A stretch of 64,000 bases of DNA from positions 2,282 to 66,281 of the forward strand of contig VAZG01000187.1 of the NCBI GenBank assembly GCA_005885285.1, read 5' to 3'. This document shows, in pieces, positions 39,521 to 47,736 of this stretch (position 1 is the first letter of the stretch; each line of letters starts with the position of its first letter). The notes under the pieces are model-generated. The model saw only the letters and a program-made list of their open reading frames with translations, was not told the origin of the DNA and did no database searches. The translations under genes and the position numbers were made by a program. This stretch comes from Alphaproteobacteria bacterium. GTDB taxonomy: Bacteria; Pseudomonadota; Alphaproteobacteria; Rhizobiales; Xanthobacteraceae.

Positions 39521-39642
39521 GGAACCTCGTTGGCTTGACGTGGAGTCGCGGCAAGCCATGGCCGGGGAGCAGGACCTACCTTAGTCGCATTCCGAGAGCG
39601 AAGGCGTAGAGGTCAGGCCCACTTTCACTTCACTATGCAGTG

Positions 39643-39711
39643 CGGGCCTACTACTACGAGGGCGGCCCCTGGTGTGGCTACAGCGGGTGGGATGACTACA
39701 CGGCGCGCAAC
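39643..39711 (+). pseudogene. fragment RAYYYEGGPWCGYSGWDDYTARN, homologous to 13619-13743
   Basis: Direct similarity of the two translated fragments. Confidence 0.55.
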
Positions 39712-39744
39712 TCCCTTCACGATCATGGTTTCCAAAAATCGAGA

Positions 39745-41418
39745 TCACATCATCTGCTCAGCCGAGTGATGCTCGCCCACGGGAATAGCGAGCTCGAAAA
39801 TGGAGCCACCAGAGTCCGACTTAACAAGCCGCAATTTGCCTCCGTGGCTTTCGGCCACAGTAATACAAATAGCGAGCCCCAATCCCGTGCCGCCAGATTT
39901 CGTCGTAAAGAACGGATCAAATATGCGCTCTCGATCCTGGACAGGAATTCCGGGTCCGGAGTCTTGAACCGTCAGCAATACGGTCGAGCGGCCGTCGAAG
40001 CTCGTCGTGAGCCGCAGACGTCGTGCTTCAGGGATCACCGAGCTCATTGCGTCGATAGCGTTTTTGACGAGGTTCAAAAGCACTTGCTGGAGTTGCGTGC
40101 CATCCAGATGCACCTTCGGAAGGTTGCCTTGGAACTCTGTAGCGATAGATATCTCGTTGATTTGAAGATCGTATTGCAGCAATCTTAGTACTACCCGAAC
40201 AACATCCTCTACGTGTGCTAGCGCCCTTCGGTCGGTCGTCTTTTTCGTCAGTTCGCGCATGCTCGAAATGATTGCACCCGCGCGATAGCTTTCGGCTTCT
40301 ATGTCACCAAGGATGTCGTCCATTTCTTCCAGATCTGGAGGGTTCGAGCGCAGCTTGCTGATGGCTGTACTGGCATTAAGTGCGATAGCACCCAATGGCG
40401 TCCTTAGCTCATGGGCGACAACAGCCGTGACCGCGTCTACGCTCAAAAGCCGGTTAGCGCGTTCGCGTCGTTGCAAGATGATGGCGCTGGCGAGGCGCGA
40501 ATAGAGAAACATTGTTTCGATGAGCAACACGCTCAGCAACATGCAACTGCCGATTAGAACGAAGCAACGAGCCGCGTACCAACCGATGGAAAATCGTACC
40601 GAACTGGCGATGGCAGCAACCAGGAAGTTTGGCATCCAGGCGAGCAAAGTCACCATCAACCATAAATCGAGGATCGTGCGCCTGCGAGACAATAACACGG
40701 CGAGCGCCGTACCGCCCCAGACCCAAAGCGCAACGTTGATCTGGTTGGCGAACCGCGTTTGCAACGTCTGGTTGGCGCTGTAGAGGCTCGGGAGATAGTC
40801 CGCTTTCGTTATCACGATCCAGGCCAGTCCAGCGGTCACCCCAAGTACGCAGACAACAGTGATTCCAATAGTGGTCATCGTCGATCTGCCCGGCAGCGTG
40901 GCCGCTCCAATCGGATCTTTGGCGAGCGCATAGACGAGGATCGCGGTCGGAAACGTCGTGTGCCAAAGCACGAAGAACCAAGCTGGAGTGTTCAATTCAT
41001 CACCGATCAGACCAGCTGGCGCGTACGCCCCCGGAAACGCCAGCGTCTGCAACAGCGCAAACGAGCCGCTGAACATGTAACCGCTTGCGAGCGCGAGAAG
41101 GGCGCGCAGAGGCTGTATCGAGAATTGAGCAAACAGAAGGGTTGCCGTGATAAAATCGACAACGCTCAAGACAGTCTGCAAAACCGGAATGAAGGCATCA
41201 ACGCGAGCCACCTGTATGCTCGCGAACGGTGCGATAACAGCCGCCGCGACGGTCAAAAGGACAATGATGCCGACCGCTATCGCCTGTTGTCGTCCGGTTG
41301 CCGGCATCGTTGCGATAACTAATGGGAAATCTTGCCCCTCTTTTCGAGCAGCGTCGACTGCGGCCTCCGGCAAAACGGCCTTTCCAGAATCCGCTTGGTG
41401 AACTTGCGCCGATTTCAT
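39745..41418 (-). CDS. sensor histidine kinase with MASE4-like membrane domain
   Basis: Multi-TM N-terminus (FPGAYAPAGL..AWFFVLWH); HELRTPL, NLVKNAIDA, DSGPG and FFTTKSGGTGLGL boxes. Confidence 0.9.
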   Translation of the reverse strand: MKSAQVHQADSGKAVLPEAAVDAARKEGQDFPLVIATMPATGRQQAIAVGIIVLLTVAAAVIAPFASIQVARVDAFIPVLQTVLSVVDFITATLLFAQFSIQPLRALLALASGYMFSGSFALLQTLAFPGAYAPAGLIGDELNTPAWFFVLWHTTFPTAILVYALAKDPIGAATLPGRSTMTTIGITVVCVLGVTAGLAWIVITKADYLPSLYSANQTLQTRFANQINVALWVWGGTALAVLLSRRRTILDLWLMVTLLAWMPNFLVAAIASSVRFSIGWYAARCFVLIGSCMLLSVLLIETMFLYSRLASAIILQRRERANRLLSVDAVTAVVAHELRTPLGAIALNASTAISKLRSNPPDLEEMDDILGDIEAESYRAGAIISSMRELTKKTTDRRALAHVEDVVRVVLRLLQYDLQINEISIATEFQGNLPKVHLDGTQLQQVLLNLVKNAIDAMSSVIPEARRLRLTTSFDGRSTVLLTVQDSGPGIPVQDRERIFDPFFTTKSGGTGLGLAICITVAESHGGKLRLVKSDSGGSIFELAIPVGEHHSAEQMM

Positions 41419-41619
41419 TGCTGCGCGGTCCTGAGCGTTAGACGGTTCTATCCGTCAGGCTGGCCGAATGGAAGGGCACAGTTAGCCTCGAACAGCAGTT
41501 AGGCCAGTCGCTTGCGTCACAGTCGGACCAGCTGAACTATCGTACTTGCCAGTTAGGCTCCGGCCTCGTAGCGCCATGGCCAAGCGATCACGGCGCCGCC
41601 ATGCGCACCCTCGCAAGCC

Positions 41620-41647
41620 CATGCTTGATCTAGCTAGATCAAGCATG
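41620..41647. repeat. perfect 28-bp palindrome: FixK box with CTAG duplicated
   Basis: CATGCTTGATCTAG|CTAGATCAAGCATG. Confidence 0.9.
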
Positions 41648-41744
41648 ACCACTGCGGGTTGATCGAGGGACCTGGGCCGGGTAGCGCGGCCTTGCTATCT
41701 CCTCTGTTTGTCAAGCAAACGGTAGACATCCGGGACGAGTACCC

Positions 41745-41758
41745 TTGATCTAGGTCAA
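41745..41758. promoter_or_regulatory. FixK/FNR box with no obvious downstream gene
   Basis: TTGAT-CTAG-GTCAA, identical to the 39507 site. Confidence 0.55.
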
Positions 41759-42006
41759 GGGACAGCATTGGGCGGTTAACGCGACAGCGGCAGGTAGCGC
41801 TCGAACCATCCGAGCGTTCATTCGGACATGTCCTCAAGGACAATGTCCTTTGATGCAATTGAGAACGCAGACCCGATGGCATAGTCAGGATAAACGATCC
41901 AGGAAACGGCTGCTGCTGTTCGGGCTGGCGCACTTTCGAAAAATGGATCAGCAGCTTCGTGACTGCGAATATTTCGTCACTAGAACTTCGGCATGGGGGA
42001 CACATG

Positions 42007-42038
42007 TATTATGACCCAAGTCTATTATGACCCAAGTC
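42007..42038. repeat. 16-bp perfect tandem duplication
   Basis: TATTATGACCCAAGTC x2. Confidence 0.9.
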
Positions 42039-42446
42039 GTCATCACGGCAAGCAGCAAGCGCGACCACGCGAGCCGAGATTCTTGCGTTGCACGGAGAAC
42101 AAAACGAAACTTCCAGTTTGATTCTATGGAGGCCGTGGCACATTCCCGGTTCGAACGCGAAACCCAACGGGTAATGGACGGATTGCTGCGCGAATGTCTT
42201 GAGAGGCCAGATGCCACAGACCCCTGTGAGCGCCTCAGGCTATTGAATTCCAGGTCACTGCGGCGCCCATGCACCTGACACTCACCCCAACACCGCGGTG
42301 GGGATTAGGGCCCAGCTTTGCCGCCTGCACCGGAACAAGACAGGCGCAGTGTCCACCCTCGTTCGCTGGGCAATTCATAATCTTGCTGGTGAAGACGCTG
42401 GTAAAAACCGGCTCTCGGCTATCTTCATCAATAAAATCAACGTGAG

Positions 42447-42467
42447 CGAATCCAGCCCGGGGAGCCA
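42447..42467 (+). mobile_element. tRNA 3'-end fragment (Asn-like), putative att site
   Basis: CGAATCCAGCCCGGGGAGCCA gives T-loop, acceptor arm and CCA; the rest of the tRNA is absent upstream. Confidence 0.7.
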
Positions 42468-42818
42468 GACGCCTCTTCCGCCCCCATTCGCGGCTGTTCA
42501 CGCCCCTCCTCAAATCCGTCAAAAAGCCCTGTAAAACAAGCACTTCTTGCAGTCGCTGCGGGCCGCGCCGGTTCGTGACTATTCGCTGGCAGCCGCAAGG
42601 TTTCAGGGCATCAAAACAGAGTATCGCCAAAAAACAGGGCATGTATTTGCGCAGGGATAGACCGCAGATCGCGCAATTTTACGACAGAAGAAAACCCGAC
42701 GACCGGTCAGATTTAAATTCAGCGAAACGCACCCGACAGGCGTCGATCACGAGTTGAAGGGCTGCCAACAATCTCAAGAGTGTAGCGCCCGCTTTGCGCC
42801 TGCCCGAACGATGATCCG

Positions 42819-44660
42819 TCATCGCACACGTGCTTTGATTAACGGCAGCGTAAAGCAGAACACCGCACCGCGCAGGCGGTTTTCGGCCCAGATGGTTCCT
42901 CCGTAGCTTTCGATGATGGTTCGCGCAATCGGCAATCCCAGCCCGGTGCCTTGTGGCTTCGTCGTGACAAACGGATCGAAGATTTGCGTCAGGTTTTCCT
43001 GGCGAATCCCTGTTCCCGAGTCCGATATTCTTACCTCGGCGAAATCCGATTCCGCATTACGGCGGGTCCGAATGGTCAAATTGTGCGGTGCTGGCGCGCC
43101 TTCCATAGCGTCCATCCCGTTCATCACGAGGTTGATGATCACTTGTTGCATGTGGATCGGGTCAGCGCGCACCGACAACGCTTCAGGCGCAAGTACGGTC
43201 CGCAGTGTAATTTCCCGTTTGACGGCCTCGGGCATGACGATTTTGACCAGATCCGGAACTGTGTCGTTCAGATCCAACGCTTGCAGCTCGGCCTTTGTTC
43301 GATCGTTCAGTAGATTGCGCAAGCCACCGATGATTTCGCTCGCGCGCTGCTCGTCCCGAATAATGTCGGAAAGGATTTCGCCAATCTGAGTGAGATCGGG
43401 CGGACTGGCCTTGAGCAATATTTGCGCGGCTTCGGTATTGCTCAGAATAGCTCCCAAGGGCTGGTTAAGCTCGTGGGCGATGGATGACGACAGCACGTTT
43501 GCGGTCGTCACTCGATTCAAGCGCACGACCTGCCGGCGGCGACTTATTGCTTCAGTTTCAGCGAAATGGCGCCCGCGGTGCTCGATGACCAGCCATGCAA
43601 TGATGGCGGTCTGGAGCAGCAGAGCCGCTAAGCCCACAGTAATTTGCCAGCGGTACTGATCCCACGGGCTCGGGGGGCGAAAGTAGATCTCGCTGCCCGC
43701 CTGCAGGCGGCTTTCACTGATGTTCCAGCGCTTCAGCTCCCGCCAGTCGTATTTTGGCGCCCCGTATTCGATCGGAGGCATTTTGATCGCGCCCGGCGAC
43801 TCTCCGCTCAGGATGCGGACTGCGACGCTCGCGGCCTGTCGTCCCACATCCGCGGTATTGGTGAGCGGTCCACCAACAATCCCCCGACCAAAAAAGGTAT
43901 CGGTATGGCTAAACATCGGCACGTTGGCAACCGCGTTGAGGCGGGCAAATACTTTTCCTTCTTCATGCGTAACACCCGCCGCGTCAACCGACAGCAACCC
44001 AAAGAAGATGGCGGAGCGCGGTGGCAGCACGGCAGCCCGCTGAAGCATGTCTTCAAACGACAATTCGTTGAACCATGTAAAGGATACGCGGCTCGTTAAT
44101 GTTTGCATAGCTTCGCGCAATCGCGCTTGCCAATACCTCTCGATGGGCGAGTTACCAATCACGATCACAATATTGGTCGTCTCTGGAAGTAGCTTCAGCA
44201 TGCTCTCGACTGCACTTGCGAAATCTTTCGAGACCGCAACGACACTGTCGTTGGCAGTAAACGCGCTAAGGAGCGCTTGCCGCTGTTCGACGCCCGTGTG
44301 CACTGCCGGCACGGAGGGAAAAAGCCTCTGTCGGTTTCGCTGGAAGAAGTCTACCGCCGGCGCGCCGATGGTGATGACCAAGTCAAGCCGTCGCTTGACA
44401 AAGAGAGCGTGCAAATAATCGACAAACGGGCCCTCCTCGTCCTCGGCGAAACGCGCGGTTGCGAGCGACGTCTCAGAAATGTCGAGGGGCTCCTTCGATT
44501 GCTGCCCCAGCTCTTCGCGGATGATTCTTGCGTATTCGCTCCAGGGCGCAAAATCGCGACCGAAGGAATGCAGAAGCATGACCCGCTTTGGCTCGGAGGA
44601 CGCCTCGCCGGTCATCGCGAAGAGTAAGACGACTGCACTGAGGAGTATCCGAACTCTCAT
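42819..44660 (-). CDS. sensor histidine kinase with periplasmic ABC-binding-like domain (NodV-like transmitter)
   Basis: Signal peptide, periplasmic domain, one TM; AHELNQPL, NLVMNGMDA, DSGTG, TTKPQGTGLGL. Confidence 0.9.
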   Translation of the reverse strand: MRVRILLSAVVLLFAMTGEASSEPKRVMLLHSFGRDFAPWSEYARIIREELGQQSKEPLDISETSLATARFAEDEEGPFVDYLHALFVKRRLDLVITIGAPAVDFFQRNRQRLFPSVPAVHTGVEQRQALLSAFTANDSVVAVSKDFASAVESMLKLLPETTNIVIVIGNSPIERYWQARLREAMQTLTSRVSFTWFNELSFEDMLQRAAVLPPRSAIFFGLLSVDAAGVTHEEGKVFARLNAVANVPMFSHTDTFFGRGIVGGPLTNTADVGRQAASVAVRILSGESPGAIKMPPIEYGAPKYDWRELKRWNISESRLQAGSEIYFRPPSPWDQYRWQITVGLAALLLQTAIIAWLVIEHRGRHFAETEAISRRRQVVRLNRVTTANVLSSSIAHELNQPLGAILSNTEAAQILLKASPPDLTQIGEILSDIIRDEQRASEIIGGLRNLLNDRTKAELQALDLNDTVPDLVKIVMPEAVKREITLRTVLAPEALSVRADPIHMQQVIINLVMNGMDAMEGAPAPHNLTIRTRRNAESDFAEVRISDSGTGIRQENLTQIFDPFVTTKPQGTGLGLPIARTIIESYGGTIWAENRLRGAVFCFTLPLIKARVR

Positions 44661-44835
44661 GCTTTTTTGAAACTATTGAGAGACTTTAGAGCAATGTCAG
44701 GTGGCCGACTCTACTCGAATTGCCGGCATCGCGGGGGGATTAGTTGCGGGAATGCGATAACGCACTCTCTCACAGGTTGTAGACCAACAATGTAAACAGC
44801 CCTGTCATTTTTGGGCCATTTCAAATAGCTCCCGA

Positions 44836-45189
44836 TCACGGGACAGTATTGATCGCGTCAATGAGCAATTTCGCCAGAAACGGCTTTCTCAGATAGGCCA
44901 CGCAGCCCACTTCAAATGCCTCCTGGCGAGTGGCCTCATTGTGGATCGCGGTCATGAATATGACGGGCATACATCGGCCTGATGACTTCAGTCGCCGTTT
45001 TAGGTCGATTCCCGACATTCCCCCGAGATGAATGTCGAGGAGGAGGCAGTCCGCTTCGCAATTGGCAATGTCGTCAAGAAACGATTCCGCCGACGGAAAC
45101 GCTTGAACGCGAAAGCCGTGCGCTGACAAAAGGCGATCAAGACCCTGCAGCATGCTTGGATTGTCATCAATGACTGCAATGGTGCGCAT
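44836..45189 (-). CDS. single-domain response regulator
   Basis: VIDDN, LLLDIHL, FMTA, KPF. Confidence 0.9.
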   Translation of the reverse strand: MRTIAVIDDNPSMLQGLDRLLSAHGFRVQAFPSAESFLDDIANCEADCLLLDIHLGGMSGIDLKRRLKSSGRCMPVIFMTAIHNEATRQEAFEVGCVAYLRKPFLAKLLIDAINTVP

Positions 45190-46112
45190 GCGATTGCCAA
45201 TCCGAATAACGCAATGGATACGTGTACGGCCGATCGCAACGTTGGCGGTCCGGGGATACGACCTCGAAACCGGATGCATCACTCTACATGTCGCATGCCG
45301 TCGCAAAAGATAACTCGGCGATTAGCCTGCTCTGCAAACCATAGTCTTGCACAACGGTTCTTCGACGCTATGCAAAAACAGCATTGAGTCAGTAATCGTA
45401 AGACAGCGGAGCGGGGCCTGCTCGGATATCCCTTCGTTCGCCTCGAAACCCGGCCGCTGTTAGGGATTTGCCAACCCTTTGTGCGTCAGTTCGGCGATCT
45501 TGCTTTTGTCTGATTTTGCATAGTGCTCTGCAGGCAGAGTGCTTAGCATCGTCAACAATCTAGTGCCGAGCCGCCGTTTTTTGGCTCGTTAGATGTGTGC
45601 GCAATGGTGGAATGCAGGATGGCCGTATGGGGTGACCTGGCTGGCAAAATGATCAGGATTTTATCAGTCTTGGCGCTGGCGATGATCTGCGCCTCCTGCA
45701 AAACCGACTCGAGCCTATTCGGGATGGCGTGAGCCGAGACTCGCTGCGGGCTGGGTATGTCCGGAAATGCGACGGCTTGCCGAAAATGCAGGCGTTATCG
45801 GTCTCCTGGCCTCTATTCTTATCTGGATCAGCGCCTACACCGCTTACCTCTAGCCATCATCAACAATGCCGTGGCTGCTCCCGATATCGCCAGAGCATGG
45901 CGAGAAATCTTTGTCACATTTGTCATAATCGTTGCGGCGCCGGGACGAGCCGTTCCCGTTGACCGTCGGCACAACCCTGAGTTATTGTCCTGACATCGGT
46001 GCGCTATTCGTAGCGCCAACCTATTGACCAGCGACGGTTTTGACGCGGCGCGGCGGCGCCGGCTTTTTGAAGTTGCTTTATGTGGCTCTCTCCTGGCCGA
46101 GGGCGAAAACCT

Positions 46113-46721
46113 GTGACCGACGCTCCTGTGATTCACGTCGTGGACGACGATCCGGCATTTCGCTCGGCTGTTTCGCGCCTGCTGAAATTGTCTGGCTATG
46201 AGGTTGCGGGCTACGAGTCCGCAGGCTGTTTCCTGCGCGCCATCGAGAATACCAGACCCGGCTGCATCCTACTCGATGTTCAAATGCCGGCCCTTGGCGG
46301 GCTGCAGCTTCAGGACGAGCTTGCCAGGCTCTCCCACAGTTGGCCGATTATTTTCATGACCGGCTACGGGGATATTCCAACCAGCGTGCGTGCAATTAAG
46401 GCCGGCGCCGAGGACTTTCTCTCCAAGCCAGTCTCAAAGGAGACATTGCTGAAGGCGATCGAACGCGCACTCGTCCACTATGCAGCGACACGGCAGAGCC
46501 AGGACGAGCTAAATTCGCTCAGATCCCTGATTTCGACGTTGACGTCGCGCGAAGCGGAGGTTTTTGCATTAATGGTCCGCGGCAGGCCGAACAAGCAGAT
46601 TGCGCATCAGCTTGGTACGTCCGAACGAACCGTCAAGGCTCATCGGCATATGGTGATGCATAAGCTGCAGGTTCAATCCTTTGCCGAGGCGGTCTCCATC
46701 GCGGAGCGCGTGGGCTATTGA
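46113..46721 (+). CDS. FixJ/NodW-type response regulator
   Basis: HVVDDD, LLDVQMP, LTSREAEV..TVKAHRHMVMHKL. Confidence 0.92.
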   Translation: MTDAPVIHVVDDDPAFRSAVSRLLKLSGYEVAGYESAGCFLRAIENTRPGCILLDVQMPALGGLQLQDELARLSHSWPIIFMTGYGDIPTSVRAIKAGAEDFLSKPVSKETLLKAIERALVHYAATRQSQDELNSLRSLISTLTSREAEVFALMVRGRPNKQIAHQLGTSERTVKAHRHMVMHKLQVQSFAEAVSIAERVGY

Positions 46722-46818
46722 CGCCACCGTCCTCCGACGCAAAGGGCGCCTGATAGGGTTCCTTGCGCTCAACCGTTGTCATCTTCGTATTTCGCGGCAG
46801 GGTTGAAAAATCGCCAAT

Positions 46819-46834
46819 TTGCCCCAAAGGGCAA
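46819..46834. promoter_or_regulatory. 7-2-7 palindromic motif
   Basis: TTGCCCC-AA-AGGGCAA, similar to 25046-25061. Confidence 0.45.
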
Positions 46835-46909
46835 TATCGCGCCAAGGCGCGCCGTGGTGTGCTGCGGCCGGCTGGAACCGTCCCATTGTGCAGTTTCGGG
46901 GGGTTTCCA

Positions 46910-47359
46910 ATGGATATTGATCAGTGGCTCGCAGCCGTCGAGGAAACGCCGTTCAATCAGCGAGGTAACCCGTGCAGCGATCTTGTCGAACAGGCGGAGA
47001 GATTGGCTCTCGCGCACATAGACGAGCCGCTGCACATTTCCACCTTGTGCCGTACCCTTGAGGTAAGCGAGCGAACGCTGCGCAAGGCCTTCCATAAAGC
47101 TTGCGGCCTTGCGCCGTGCCGGCGTCTTCGAATATTGCGCCTATCGCGGGCGAGGCGCGCGCTTTTGTGCGCGGATGCCGAGCTCGTAACTGTAACGGAG
47201 ATTGCAACCTGCTTCGGCTTCGGCGAATTAGGACGCTTCTCTGTCGAGTACCGCAAAGTGTTTGGCGAAAGTCCTTCGCAGACGCTGCATCGCGCCTCAC
47301 AGGGCAATACTTTTCCCGCCAGCCGTGCTGTCCAAAACATTCTCCCTTTCGGAATTTGA
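46910..47359 (+). CDS. short AraC-type HTH regulator (EutR-like DNA-binding domain only)
   Basis: LCRTLEVSERTLRKAF..VTEIATCFGFGELGRFSVEYRKVFGESPSQTL. Confidence 0.75.
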   Translation: MDIDQWLAAVEETPFNQRGNPCSDLVEQAERLALAHIDEPLHISTLCRTLEVSERTLRKAFHKACGLAPCRRLRILRLSRARRALLCADAELVTVTEIATCFGFGELGRFSVEYRKVFGESPSQTLHRASQGNTFPASRAVQNILPFGI

Positions 47360-47736
47360 GGGCATCGGTTTCCACGATCCCTCCTAAGAGCGGCAGTTTT
47401 TTGCGTGACTTTGGAGTAAACGGCCGACGCGAGTTTCGCGGGCACCACCTTGGAGCGAGACATCCGATTGCTCATTGCTACAGTGTGATTCCAGACAAGA
47501 GGACAAGCAGATGACGAGCTGCGTATCCGAATGGAAGTCTGGTTGTCGGCCGATTCGACCAGCGAAAACTTTCGAACTGAGTTCTTGGCGAATGGCGTCT
47601 TGCCTAACAAAAGCCGGACGCTCTTGAAGTTTGTCCGATTTTGCATAGTCGCCCCGGGGGGTGCGCGTTACCCTCCCAGAGCAATTTCGGGGACGGAGCC
47701 TCCTGAGCGCCCTAGCGCAACAAAAGGAATATTCAC

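Noticed and set aside
42447-42467. Functional tRNA gene
   Set aside because: Only the last 21 nt are present; no D arm or anticodon arm lies upstream.
41948-42757. Short ORFs around the att-like site as integrase or phage genes
   Set aside because: No tyrosine or serine recombinase motifs; the ORFs overlap on both strands and look spurious.
44849-44861. FixK-like TTGAT-CGC-GTCAA
   Set aside because: The spacer is 3 bp rather than 4 and the site lies inside a coding sequence.
24504-46721. Naming the two-component genes nodV/nodW or fixL/fixJ
   Set aside because: The family resemblance is generic; no heme-PAS FixL is present and orthology cannot be shown by eye.
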